Shown: positions 31,385-43,658, counted from the whole stretch's first letter. The stretch: DNA of 62,082 nucleotides, filler included, from 8 parts of 8 records of this genome joined end to end with filler, not necessarily neighbours in it; one strand, 5' to 3'. Program-made: numbers and translations. The notes: generated by a model not told the origin, from the sequence alone.

Positions 31385-33411
31385 TTAAAGGGTGGTCGTC
31401 AAGAAGGTCGTGCTTGTCGTTGATTTGGTTTTGTCCACTGTAATGCCCAACGCATCTTCAAACCTGTCAGACAAACGCTGCTTGTCAGATGCAGAGCATG
31501 CAATGCCATGGGCTTAGCGCTATGCAAGTAGTGTCCACGCGGTGCATGCTACGGGTAGTAGGTGGTGAACTTGCCCGCATTCCATAGGTTGGTCCGCAAT
31601 CTGTATCAGACCGTCAAGTGTGGAGTCGGGGCAGGAAAGCAGCGCACCAAATCGCCGTCGAACCGAACAAAGAGGAAGCCTGGGCCGATCATCCGTGGAA
31701 TACACTTGACCTGCCAAAGCACTGCTCAACCCAATCGACTTCAGTCCTGATTGTACGAGGTAAGTTCCGTCTCCGCAGTCCTCTATGGCAAACTCAGCCG
31801 GAACTTTTCCATCGTTGTCAGTAGCCAGGTCGTCAAACGTGTAGCTCACTACCACGTCACCATCACCACAATCTCGAGAGTTCCCCAGGCGATCTCGGGT
31901 GTAGACCCTGAGCTGGAGTTCCTGGTGCACCGGAGCGTGCCGGAGCCTTTCAGCATCCTCGCTGTCAGCTGTGCACTTCCTGGGTTCCGTCTGGCCAGCG
32001 ACCACCACAATACTCTGTTGCTGTGCTCGTGAAGTGGCATTGTTTCCCCACGCCTCTACTAGATACTCCCCAGTCTTACTTGCATCAAATCTGCCAGTGA
32101 ATTGGCACGGCAGGCCGTGCAAGCTGGCACCGTGCTGTGATTGCATCGAGACCGGGCTCTAGTCTGACAGGTAATAAGTAGCACTCTGTTTCGCTGCCAG
32201 CCATTCCACCCCTCGGCACACCCTGGATGCCACCAGTCAGGTCAGAACTATGTCAATCAGACCATAGTGCCGAATGTCCCGGACAGCCCATGCCAAACGC
32301 GGACAGAGCAGGACTCCATTCCGCATGCATTGCCGCACCTGGAGGCCCCATCAGAGCCACGAGCTGCCCTGGGCCGCTACTTGTCTTGCACGCGGATCTG
32401 GAACTCAGCAGCCTCGCAGGCAACCAGCTTCTCCTCGAGCCCGAGGATCTCAATGAGGCTCACCTGGCCAGCAGTCAAACTGATGCAGCAGGGATGACGT
32501 GGCTCAGAAATGGAGGGCTGCTCTAGTGAACTAGTCCAATGCCTCTGCAGCATCAGCTAGTGGGTCTGCTGTCTTACCAGTCCCGGGGATACACACAGCT
32601 CCTGTGAGTGACTTGCTAGCGGTTTGCTCCCAGGCTGAAACTCCGAGTCGGGGGCTATTGACATCCGTGGACCCCCAGCCGCCCACACAGCAACAGTGAG
32701 CGTCTGCCGGCCCGCTAGGGTCGGTGTGAATGTTGATCTGTATTTGCCTGCACAGCTCGCGCTGAGCCAACCAACTATGGCGTTTGGCGCACCGGGTTCG
32801 ACGCTGGCAACCTCCAGCTGGTGCTCGCCCAGGTGCGCAGTGATCCGCTTGCCCCTGAGCGAGTCTGCAGATACCCCAAACAGTAGCGAGGCTTTCCGCT
32901 CCACTGTGAGCTCGCCGACCAGCTCAATGCTGTGCACCTCTATCTCGCTCTGAGACGGGCTCGAGGCGGGTGACCGCTGGGAAAGCTTAACATCTTGCAG
33001 CCCAGCGCTCGAGAGCAGGGACTGGCCGGTAGACGCGTGCTTCTCGGCCGAGGAGAGCGCGGGGCGGAGCCCTCGGGCCGGGACCCCATGCAGGCGCTTG
33101 CCTTGGCAGAGCACTACGTAGGTTGTCCGGCCAGGGGAGGCGCGCTTTGAGTTCATGTTGGTCCCGGGGGTGCATTGCAACACCGTCCCCGGCAGCCAGC
33201 CCTCGGGCTGCTCCACCTCCACCGCCTGGTTCATCTTGTACAGCGGCTGAGCCCACTCAGGCCTGCTGCTCTGGGCCATCTCGCCACGTTCGCCGGGGCC
33301 AGTCGCCGGGTCCATCGACGGGAGCAGCTCGCGCGCCTTGTACTTGGGCGGCGGGGTGTGCGGCGGCCGCCACGGCGGGATGGGCTCGTCGTCCAGCCAC
33401 GGGGCTGACAT
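31385..33411 (-). CDS. Filamin/ABP280 Ig-repeat protein with N-terminal Tudor/Agenet-like segment (spliced)
   Basis: YKMNQAVEV..GWLPGTV...YVV. GKYRSTFTPTLAGRQTLTV. LRVYTRDRLGN..GDGDVVV, IEDCGDGTYLV. Confidence 0.7.
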
Positions 33412-33660
33412 CGATACGGCCCCAGTTAAAAATAGTAATACTGGTACAGTACATGGTAGAATGCACTAGGGATCGCGTCCGATGAGCGGGACGGCGGCCC
33501 ACTCTCGGTTGGGCCCAATATGGTGGGACTCGGTCTTCTCCCGGGCGCTCCTCCGATTCGATCCTGGAGTTATAATCGAGCTAAAAGGAAGTCGAACCTA
33601 CGAGTATCTAGACTCTATTATGCATGGCATTGCACAAGTTTGTATGAAATTGGGTAGCAA

Positions 33661-34421
33661 TCACTTATGTGCCCTAGGGTTTGCGATAAAGTCGTCCAGC
33701 TCTCGCTGATTCTCGCGCTCCAGCTCTTGCTGCCTGCAGGCACCGCCGTCAGACCACTCCCGGACCGGTGGTTTGCCGGGCCGCCATCTTGGCCGAAAGC
33801 TCCCTCTCGTAGATCTGGTCGTTCTCCTCCTTCTGCTGATTAATTCTGCCCCAGCCCTCGCCGCCCGCCCAACCGGGCGGCACCGCTCGATCATCTTGCT
33901 CGTGAGCCGGGCCTCGAGGGCCTTGAATTTGTCCTCAAACTCCTGCCGTATCTCCTCCTCTTGCTGCCCCCCGCACTGGGCCCAGCAGCCCTGCCTGCCC
34001 GCACCTCGTGCAGCGACTGGTCCGCCCGGGCCTCGCGCACCTGCCCGGCCCTCGCGCCCCGCCTCGACTGCCGCCTGCCTGCTGCCGGTGCCGCGCCTCG
34101 TCCGCCGCCGCTGCCTGTCGCTGCTTGGCGAGCCGCACGCGGTCGTGCGCGCTGGGCGGGCCGTGACTGCCGCTGGAGGCCTCGGCGGCCATCTGTTCGA
34201 GCACCCGAGCCTGCCGCGCCTGGGCCGCCTGGGCCTGGGCCTGCTGGATCATTTCGGCCTCCTCCCGCGCCAGTGTGGCCTCCAGCTCGGCCTCCAGCTC
34301 AGCCCGCCGGGCCCGCATCCGCTCCTGCACCCTGGCCGCCAGCTCCGGCTCCAGAGGCCCTGCCGCCCCACGCTCAGAGCCCGTGGGCTCCCTTGAGCTG
34401 GGCGCCTGAAGCTGACGCCAT
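33661..34421 (-). CDS. Small coiled-coil hypothetical protein (spliced)
   Basis: ATG 34421 and a candidate GC-AG intron (34360-34405) lead into PLEPELAARVQERMRARRAELE. Last exon ELERENQRELDDFIANPRAHK. Confidence 0.55.
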
Positions 34422-34469
34422 TCGGACACGAAAACTGACGGATGAAAAAGGTGGACTCGACTCGAAAAA
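34422..34469. promoter_or_regulatory. Putative 48-bp bidirectional promoter with A-tracts
   Basis: Lies between inferred ATG 34421 (-) and ATG 34470 (+). Confidence 0.45.
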
Positions 34470-35777
34470 ATGTCCACCGGCCTCCACTGCCCTTGCCCCA
34501 CTGGCCCTTGCCTCACGCTTGGGCTCATCCTGCTGTGGCTGGGCCCGGCCGGCGCCGTGCGCAGCTTCGGCACAGGGAACGCGGGCAGCGTCTGCCTGGG
34601 CGCCGCCCGGCCGCTGTTCGCCCACACGCTGCCCGAAGGCTCGGCCGGCCGGATGGGGCACCTGTGGACCACCGGCTCGGCGAGCCAGGGGCTGGCCCAG
34701 TTGGGTGTCGAGCTGCGGTTCAACTACTTTCTGGACGGCGAGCCGGCCCCGTCCATCTCGCTCGACCCGGCCAAGGCGGCGGGCCAGTTCTTCGACGCCG
34801 TTGCCATCAACGGGACCTGGGAAGACGGGACGCTGGCGGCCACCCCGGGCAACCTATCCATGTTCACGGCTGGGGACAAAGCCGGCAAGAATGCAGTGAC
34901 CCAGGGCTGGTGGAACCAGCTGAAGATTCCTTTCAGTCGCTCGGTCAACATCACCGTCAGTCTAGTGCCGCGGCCCGGCGCATCGCCCAAGCCCGGCACC
35001 TGCGCCGCCTTTTACGCCGTGGTCCGAGGGCACGAGATCCCCCAAACTGGGCCGGCGGTGGTGCTGCCATCAGGCTTCGCCGTGCCCGCCGGCGCCCGGC
35101 TCGTGCTGAGTGAAACAGACGCGGTGGTGCCGCCCAATAGCTTCAGGTCACTTCTGAACGTCTCAGCAGGGCACGAGGCGCTGCTCTATGGGCTCGGTCT
35201 CGGGCTGGAGACTAGCCCACCATGGGGCACACAGGTGAACGGCCGGCTTGTTACGCAGAACAACTACGTAGAGGGCTGCTGGAGCTTGCTCCGGAATGCA
35301 AACGAGACCCTTCCAGGAATGCTGCTCGGGACAGGCCTGGAGGACTTTTTCGACTCCGGCTACGGCTTCTCTCTGATAGACCCGGGTGTCAGCCCACTCC
35401 CGCCCAGCACGGACACGGACGGCGAGATCCGGCAGTGCAACCGCCCCGAGGGCGCGGCCTATTGCTCTGTGACCGGTTCGCCGTTCCAGCACCCAAGCTC
35501 AGGAGTGCTGCACTTTTCGTCGGATTACGCCAATTCGGAATTCCCACGCGGCGTGGAGCGGTTCTCGGCGTATCGTTACTTTGACGCGGAAGTGGTCGGG
35601 ATGGATGACGGCGGCCAGTTTGGCTGGACGAACGGCTGCGCTGCGTGGAACAAGCCCGGCACCAACAAGTGCGGGGTGCCGGCCTTTGCAGAGGCGAGCG
35701 AGCTCGGGGCTTGTCAGACCTCGCCTACGCGGGTGACGGCCTACGTTTGGGCATACGTGTGGCCCAAGGCTGCGTGA
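34470..35777 (+). CDS. Secreted DUF2961 (GH172-related) protein; intronless
   Basis: Signal peptide. HLWTTG, YFLDGEPAPSI, IPFSRSVNIT, NYVEGC, LGTGLEDFFDSGYGF, FSAYRYFD. Confidence 0.75.
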   Translation: MSTGLHCPCPTGPCLTLGLILLWLGPAGAVRSFGTGNAGSVCLGAARPLFAHTLPEGSAGRMGHLWTTGSASQGLAQLGVELRFNYFLDGEPAPSISLDPAKAAGQFFDAVAINGTWEDGTLAATPGNLSMFTAGDKAGKNAVTQGWWNQLKIPFSRSVNITVSLVPRPGASPKPGTCAAFYAVVRGHEIPQTGPAVVLPSGFAVPAGARLVLSETDAVVPPNSFRSLLNVSAGHEALLYGLGLGLETSPPWGTQVNGRLVTQNNYVEGCWSLLRNANETLPGMLLGTGLEDFFDSGYGFSLIDPGVSPLPPSTDTDGEIRQCNRPEGAAYCSVTGSPFQHPSSGVLHFSSDYANSEFPRGVERFSAYRYFDAEVVGMDDGGQFGWTNGCAAWNKPGTNKCGVPAFAEASELGACQTSPTRVTAYVWAYVWPKAA

Positions 35778-35970
35778 GTGTTTCCTATCAGCTCTAACTT
35801 AGTATAGGCGCTTGCGGATTTGAATTCATGACTTATGTACGTGTGCATGATAAGGCATGATTGTATTATGATTGTATTGTTGGGTCGAATTATATACGTC
35901 AATTATATATAAATTATACGTGATTAAGTGCTGTCCAAGGCCTTGATTAGCATCTGCAGGTTGTTGTACG

Positions 35971-36070
35971 NNNNNNNNNNNNNNNNNNNNNNNNNNNNNN
36001 NNNNNNNNNNNNNNTTAATTAATTAANNNNNNNNNNNNNNNNNNNNNNNNNNNNNNNNNNNNNNNNNNNN
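35971..36070. other. Artificial contig linker
   Basis: N44-TTAATTAATTAA-N44. Confidence 0.98.
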
Positions 36071-37034
36071 CGCCGGGCAGCTGCCGCTGCACCTCGCCTG
36101 TTCGCTAACGGAGACCACACAGCGCGGATCAGAGCTGATTGAGATGCTCGTAAAGGGCCTTCCAGACAGCCCTTTTGCTGCTGACTCGAATGGGCGCCTT
36201 CCCCTTCATTTGGCATGCATGTTGGCATTTGTCGCTGCTCTCGAGTTTCTGGTCAAGGCAGCGCCAGGAACTCTCTTGGTCCGTGACGCTAAAGGATTGC
36301 AACCGATCCACATGATTAATTGCCAGACCCCGGGGGTGGAACGCAAGCTACCTCAAATGCTTCAGGGCTTGTTGTCCCCACCATTTGGTGCACAGGCTTT
36401 GATATGCTGCAAAGATTCGAGTGATCCAGGCGCCAGTACCAAGGGGGCCACACTGGCATCTCTCTACGCCTCGCACTCTGGGCCGTTCTCTGAAGCCTTC
36501 TGCCATCATTTTATACCACCGCACAAAAGCATTATGGAGTCCTTTCTGCAGGCTGCACCCGGTGCTGTCTGGACCATTATTTGCAGCATCGATGGCAAAG
36601 AAACTTGTCATAGTCACCTGAGAGGTCCTGTGTCCCAGGTACGATATGCATGTGAGGCAGCGTGGAATTTACAATGGGTGGCGAGCAGCCATATCCATCG
36701 TCACATGCCCTCGCGATTCAAGCGTGCTGTCCTCATTCTACTCATGGCAAAGCTGAGGCGAAATGCATCCTTGAATCTCGTTGGATCTTCTGAATGCTGT
36801 TATTTGTCATTGCTCCCGCACGACATCACGCTGCGTATCGCCAAGTGGCTTGCCAGCATGTTTGTACAACCACCATATCTGCGCCAGTCCTGGGCTGCAG
36901 CTCAACGCGCAATTAAGGGCGAGATGCACGACAGCAATCACCAATCGCTCAGTGCCGCTGCTCAAGCGCTTGCTAAGGGCGACTTTGAGGTCACAGCTGA
37001 AGAGCTTGGCATTGAATTTGGCACGTGCGTGTGA
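36071..37034 (+). CDS. Ankyrin-repeat protein, 3' part
   Basis: GQLPLHLAC, DSNGRLPLHLAC, DAKGLQPIH. C-terminal W...H..MP..FK.AV..LL and LLPHDITLRIA. Truncated by the contig edge. Confidence 0.75.
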
Positions 37035-37453
37035 GGCGTTATTGGAGCTCTGAATGGGCGCATTGCAGCATTTTAAAGCCTGCGCAGGCTGTGCTATCCG
37101 CTTTGTGCCCTGAATCATTGCCACTCCGTCCAGACTGTCCTCGTGCAAAAAGAAAGAAATTAACGATATTAACAAGTGGAGAGTCCATCAACAGCGAAGA
37201 ATGGCCAAGATGAGACAAAGATAAAATTCATGTGACTTTTTAAGTGTCCAAAATTCAGTTCAAGATTGACCTGCATACTTGTACTTGTAATACGCATTTG
37301 CGCTATTATACGCATTTTCAAGAGCTATTAAACATTCGTTCGCAAAAAAGTGCCTTGTACATGATTATAATTGTACAAAATAAGCAGCCAATTTAAATGA
37401 ATTGCTTCAATTGCAAACGCCTCAGGCATTGGTTTCGACGTCGTCACAGCCAC

Positions 37454-39125
37454 CTAACAGCCACCGTCTAGCTCTGGGTGAGGAGTTGGATGGACAAATT
37501 GCCCAAACTGGCCGGCCAGCCCAAGCGCACCAAATGCTGCATCCCCGCACACGAGTAGTTGGCCGGTCGTAGTGCCAATCAACGTGTGCTGGGAACCCGT
37601 TGCGACATGGGCCACTTCGGCCTCGAGCGGCACACGCTCCAGAGAGCGCCCGTCCAGCTCGTGCCCCAGCTTGCCGGCATAGCTACTCCCACAAGCATAC
37701 AATTTGCCCTCGCAGATCACCGCCATGTGTTCGGCCCCCAGAGCCACGTGCTGGATTTCGCAGTTGCCTGCTCCAGTCGCGAGCTTGACTCGGACTGGCC
37801 TCGGGACAGCCTCAGCGAGCTGCAGCCCGAGCATGCCACTAGAGTTGTTCCCCCACACAAACAACGACCCATGCTCATCCACGGCAGCACTGCTCGATTC
37901 TCCAGCCGCCACCGCGCGAGCTTGGCACAGCAAGCTGGCTTCTACCTGCACCGGCGCTGGAGTGTCTTGACCACTCTCGCACCCTATTCCAAGCTCCCCA
38001 CCCGAGTTGCCCCCCCAGCTCCACACCCGCCCCTCCGTATCGAGCGCCACTGAGTGCCGACCGCCACAGCAAATCTGTGCCCACCCCGCCCCGGGGCTCT
38101 CTGCGCTCGGCAGCAGCGTGCTTGCGGTTTGGGATCGGCCAGGCGCTGGCAGCTGCACCGGGAGCAAATAGTCCCAATGGTCGCCGCCGCGCCCACCACA
38201 GGCCAATTCGAGGAAGCTGTCCCAATCGAGCGCTCCCGAGGCCAGCTCCGCCTGTGCGAGCCGTTGACTACACACCCCAGCCTGCTCAAGCCCAGCCCGC
38301 AGCCGAATCGGATCGACAACGTCAGAGCTTTCAGACTGCAGCTGGTCAAACACTCGTCGCAGCTCCGGTTCGGGGATGGCTTCACCAACCAGAGTTGTTG
38401 GCAGCCCGGGGCACGGCCGCCGGGGGTTCAGATCGTGCGCACATCCTGCCCGCCGGTACAGCTTCCGAACAGCCCTGTGCACGCAGGCTCCCCCTCTGCT
38501 CTGCCGCCGCTGTTGCTCAGCCGCTGCCATCTCGGTCACACCGAGTTGGCAAGACCGATTGCAGCCCCACAGCCAGCCGACCTTGTCTGCGGTCACAACA
38601 GCTGAGTGCCGCAGCCCGGCCGACATCTGAATCACCGCGGCCCCGGCTGGCAGCAGCGACATGACCTTGGTGGGTCGCGACTGGGGCCACTGCGAGGCAA
38701 ACCTGCCCCCGCTCACCGTGGGGCGAGCACAGGCCCACCCGTGCCCCAGCTGGCCATGCCGGTTGCAGCCCCACGAGAGCACATCGCCGGCCTCAGTCAG
38801 CGCCAGCGTGTGCCAGCCGCCGGCTACCACATCCACCGCCGGCCCGTGACAGTCCAGCACCGTCGGCACCCAATGCGTCGGGTCCGGCGGGCCTGTCCGG
38901 CCAGCCTCCCCCAGCGCCAGCAGGCTGCCGTCCTGCCCCGGGCTCGGCTGCTGCCCGGGCCAGCCGCACCTCCAGAACCGCCGCCGAGTGGGCCACCCCG
39001 GCCGCCAGCCTTCTGACGCGCCGGCAGCCGATCTGGCCGGCCGGCCGCACCGGCGGCGGAAGGGGCTCTTCCTCTTCCTCCCCGTCCATGCTGCCAGGGG
39101 CGCCCTCCTTTTCCTGGCCCATCAT
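37454..39125 (-). CDS. RCC1-repeat beta-propeller protein
   Basis: AGVAHSAAV, AGGWHTLALTEAGDVLSWGCNRHGQLG, CGGRHSVALDTEGRVWSWGGNSGGELG and further blades. One 37-nt intron near the 5' end. Confidence 0.88.
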
Positions 39126-39257
39126 GCTGCAGGGGCCCCTGGCTGCAGTGTCCTGCTGGTGACAAAACCGGAAGAAAAATCAGGCAGCAGGCTGTTGCAC
39201 TCCCAGCAGGGCACACAGCACGCTGACAGCGGGCTGCGACGGTAGCGCGGCCCGGAG

Positions 39258-41625
39258 ATGAGCGGGCTGGAGAAGCTGAGCGAGTCCGAGGCGGAGGCCG
39301 CGATCGAGCAGATGCGCCAGATGACCATCCGAGAGAAAGACCTGCTACAGGAGCTTGACGCTATGAAATCCATCTACGCCAATGACATGCAGAACGCGGT
39401 GAGTTCGCTGAGCACCACCGAGGAGCAGAACGCTGGGAACAAGGACAAGATGCTCAGCGCGTCCAAGGCCTCGATGACCAGGATAATGCTCCGGTGGCGG
39501 ATGAGCGAGGCCCGGTTCTGCATGGGGGCCTGGCGGGACAACTACCGACTGTTCATGGACAGCATCCGGCACCACGCGGCCACCATGCTCCTGCTCGGCC
39601 TGACCAGCGCCCAGGCAACCCCTGTCCCCACCTGCTGGCCTGAGCCTGACCGCAGGAGTGCGTCCGGCGGTTCCGGCTTTCGATGGGCTGGACGCAAATG
39701 TGCTGGTGGAATGCTGAGCGTGTCAACCAGCAGCTGCGAGAGCAGAACCAGATGCTGGAGCAGGTTGCTGGGCTGGCCACCCGGGCGCTGGCCAAGGCTC
39801 GGATTGCAAACAGCGAGCAGATAGGCGTGGTCAGCTCACTGTTCCAGTGGCGTAACTACCGCCTGGGCCGCCGACACCAATTGAGTGCCTGGCGGATCGC
39901 TGCCAAAGCTATCGAGCGGCTCAACTTTGCTTGGTGGCGGCGCCAGAGCCGGGGAGAGCTGAGGGGATTTGTGGAGCTGCATGATCGCAGTGTGCTGTGC
40001 CGCGCCTCGGAGCACTGGCGGGTCCAGCAACTGAAGGGAGTGTATCGGCAGTTTGAGCTGCGGCATGCAGCAGCAGGGGGCAAGCGGCTGGCGCAGCTGC
40101 ATGAACAGCAGTGCCAACAAAACCGAACGGAAGCAGAGTGGCGCTTTCTGCAGCTGCGGGCTGTATTCCATGCAATGGATGTGGAGCAGAGTGGGGTCGC
40201 GCCAGAGGGCACTCTGGTGGAACTTGGCTTGGCCCCCGCGGTGCGGTCGAAGCAGCATGGTTGGTCTTGGGCAAGGCACTGCCAGGTGCTGCACAGCATC
40301 GCTCCGTGGCATCCAGAGGTCACTGAGGAGGTCTTTGTTTCGTTCTTCGGAGGAGCGCTGCCACTGGATCCATGCCATTTTGATGCGTTGATCACTGGCT
40401 TCTTCGAACATCTACAGACACTCACTGGAGATGCAGGCACTCTCCAGCCACCGCCCACTCCGAGGGACAATCCCCAGCTCAAGCTTGGGACAGCTGCACA
40501 GGATCCGCAGGTGGTTGCGTACCATCCTGTGAGCCAGCTGCCGCTCAGTTCCCGAGTGGCCAGACCGTCGAGTCAGAAGCTCAACAAGCTGCGCCGGCAG
40601 ATCTCAGAGATGGGTGGCACGCTGACAGTGCAACCACTCAAGCCTCCGCTCTGGACTAGGAGGATGTGGGCATGCCGTATATGGTTCACCAACACAGTCG
40701 GGCGGAAACAGGCCAAGATAGAGCGTCAGAGGCAGTTGGCTCGCGCCAGCCAACACCGGAACCAGGTCTTGCGTTGGTGGGGCTTTTCTGTGCTCCAAGG
40801 CGCTGTTGCCGGGGCTGGCGTCACAGAGCGCCAGAAGGCACTGATGGCCAAGGCCGTGAGCTCGCCAACACGGACTGCAATGACTGTGTGGCGGCGGACT
40901 TCATGGAAGGGGCACCGGTGTCGGTCTGGGCTTGCCATCTACCAGGCTTCGAGCCGACAGATCGGCCGACTGTTGTTGCAAAGTGCCATGCAGCTGTGGA
41001 GGCTGGATACTTGCATAGCAGTTGATTTCCGTAATAGGATCGTCTGCGACAGAATCGTGCGAGCCTGGAATTGGGAGGAACTGGGCTCGCAGTATGTGCA
41101 CTGGCGCAGCTGGCGGCGGCGTAGAAAGCAGCTGCGGTGCATTGGTCGCACAGTCCTGCGGCACCGGATTTACATGATGCAGTGTCGCAGCTTCATCCTT
41201 TGGCGAAATGCTGTGCAGGTGGCACTTCGTCAACAGGTTGTTGCTATGCAGCTCAGTAACGACAGTTTTCGGGGGGAGGAGCTGGAGCAGGCTGTAGGGG
41301 AACGGGAGCGAGCCTTGTTTGACTTGTCCCAGCGCCTAGGTGCCAGTGAGGACTTCTGTCAGCACGTGCAGCACAAGGCGCAGAGGGAGGCTGCAGATCT
41401 CCGGCGGCGCTTGGAAGATCAAGAACGAGCCTACCGTGATCTGGAACGGAAGTTCATCGATCTTGAGGAGCGAGCAAACGACCGGGAGCAGCTACAGCGC
41501 ATGCTACAAGATACAAGGCAGGATCAGAACCGTGCGTCTAACCCACTGCAAGGTAGCAGCAGCAGCAACAGGGCATGGGACAGCATGCCCACGTCAGGGG
41601 CAGCATCTAGATCACCACTGGTGGG
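39258..41625 (+). CDS. Long helical protein with Trp-periodic (Sfi1-like) segments, EF-hand-like region and C-terminal coiled coil; 3'-truncated
   Basis: Intron 39615-39655 joins ORFs 39258 and 39683. Recurrent xxWR motifs and LRAVFHAMDVEQSG. Confidence 0.6.
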
Positions 41626-41725
41626 NNNNNNNNNNNNNNNNNNNNNNNNNNNNNNNNNNNNNNNNNNNNTTAATTAATTAANNNNNNNNNNNNNNNNNNN
41701 NNNNNNNNNNNNNNNNNNNNNNNNN
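41626..41725. other. Artificial contig linker
   Basis: N44-TTAATTAATTAA-N44. Confidence 0.98.
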
Positions 41726-42797
41726 ACGCGTTCCTAGTAGCCAGCGCGAGCGGGGCCCCGTATTGGACGTCATACTCCGGCTTCCAATGCCAGTCGGGGT
41801 CTTCCCAGCCAGTAGAAGAGCCAAAGTACGAGTAGTTTCCTTGGGCTATCAGGAAGGCGGCCAGGCTGAGGTCTATCTGCCAGCCTGGAGAGCCATCGTG
41901 CACCACCACTGGCAGCCCGAGCTCGGTCTCTAGCAACATATTTGGCAGACTGCTGGCTGAGAAGAACTCGTAGAACCGGAACCAGCCCACATCCGAGAGC
42001 GCAGTGTAGTACTCCAGATAGTCCACCCCGTTGCAGTTGGTGCTGTTGAACGAGTTGAACGACGAGAAGATCGGGAAGATGCCGGCCACATTCAGCTTCT
42101 GCGCTGTGCGCCGCAGCAGTTGGATCTTATCACGGTACAGCTGCGCCAGCTCCCCAGGCCTCAGGTGGTGGTGGCAGCCAGGTGTGCCAGCGCCGCTGCA
42201 GTATTCCAAATCGGTCTCGTCAAAGAAGACCGCGTTGATGTCCGCCTCTCGGGTCAGCTCGCCCACCACTTGGTCCAACCAGTACTCGGCCGCCGCCGGC
42301 ACCGAAAAGTTCCAATAAGGCCCGCCCCGGTTGCGGTCCACGCAGGTCCGGCCTTGCTCGTCTTTAATCCAGAATCCGGCGTTGTCTGGGTTGATGTAGG
42401 CCGCCCTGGAGATGTCATACCACGAGAGCGCCATCTGGCTGTGCCTGTATACAAAGATCGCCTGGTTCTGCGTGCCGTTGCCCGGTGTGGCCCGCACGTG
42501 CGAGGCTAGCCGGGTGGCGGCCTGGGCCAGGGCGGTCTCTTCATCGTAAAAGTGCCCGTCCTCGGCCGGTGCGGTTCGGTCCACGCTCTGCTGCCAGCCC
42601 CAGCCGGCCATCTGGTACCTGGCCACCGCGGCTGTTTGGGCTGCCGTCTCCGGACCGGAAGCGTTCGCCCCAAAGAATTGAGCTGGGAACTCGTGGAATC
42701 CGCGGTACGGCCAGGGCGGGTCGGGGCCAGAGTATCGGGGCGGCGGCCAGGCCTGGGCCCCGGCCAGCAGCGAGAGCGCTGCGCACACGGCGTACAT
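41726..42797 (-). CDS. Secreted putative glycoside hydrolase (GHL15/GH168-like); 3'-truncated
   Basis: Signal peptide. IFVYRH, YWNFSVPAAAEYW, AVFFDE, RFYEFF, SLAAFLIAQGNYSYFG, WKPEYDVQYGAP. Confidence 0.7.
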
Positions 42798-42923
42798 CTT
42801 CGGCCAGCAACGGAAACCGTTCTAACGGCACCTCGGCTCCGGCAGGCCTCCGGAGCCTCCGGACAGGCGTTCGCGCCAACAGTGCGCGCAACGCGCTGTG
42901 CCACTGGGCTGCACCACTGTGGG

Positions 42924-43658
42924 ATGAGCAGGGATGCCCCCGAGTGGGTGGGGATCCTCGGGCTGGGGACGCTGATGAGCCCAGTCTCGGCCAAGGCTAC
43001 CTGTCCGTCAGCCCGCAACTTCAGCTACTGTCAGGTTCACGAGCACCGGCGCCTGTTCGCCCACCCCTCGCACTTCGCGATGCGCCGGGGCTCAGACCCG
43101 GCCTGGCCTGGGGTCTGGGCTGATTTTGAGACCCTGGAGCTGGCCGGGCTCTCCTGCGAGCCGGAGGCGGGTGCCAGTTTCGCGGGCTGCTTCTTCGAGG
43201 TGCCGTCTGACGAGTTCCCGGCCCTGGCCGCCCGGGAAGACATGTACGAGCTCAAACTAGCCAGTGCCACGCTCAAGCCGTCGGGCCAGTCGGTGGAAGG
43301 CTACGTGTGCTGCCGCACAACGGACGACCTGCTCCGGGCGCGGCTGGGCCCGGACTTGTGGGAGGCCAGGTACGGCAGGCACTTTGGGCCCAACAAGAGC
43401 CCCCCGGCCGCGTTCCCGGACCGGGCTGCCTGTTGCTGGGACTGGGAAGGGCCGATCCTGCCCAGTCGGATCTATCTGAGGCACTGCGTGCTGGCGATCA
43501 GCAACCAGGCTGGGCCGGCGGCGGCTGAGGCGTTTGTGAGCGACACGTTCCTGTGGGACCGGCAGACCACGGTGCGCGAGCACCTGGCGGCGCACCCGGA
43601 GATCATGTTGACCCCACCGCCGGAGGACCACCCGGATGCATGCCGATTTAACGGCTGA
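42924..43658 (+). CDS. Gamma-glutamylcyclotransferase-fold (GGCT/AIG2-like) uncharacterised protein
   Basis: ILGLGTLMS, RRLFAH, LAAREDMY, ILPSRIYLRHCVLA, FVSDTFLWDR.TT. Confidence 0.65.
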   Translation: MSRDAPEWVGILGLGTLMSPVSAKATCPSARNFSYCQVHEHRRLFAHPSHFAMRRGSDPAWPGVWADFETLELAGLSCEPEAGASFAGCFFEVPSDEFPALAAREDMYELKLASATLKPSGQSVEGYVCCRTTDDLLRARLGPDLWEARYGRHFGPNKSPPAAFPDRAACCWDWEGPILPSRIYLRHCVLAISNQAGPAAAEAFVSDTFLWDRQTTVREHLAAHPEIMLTPPPEDHPDACRFNG

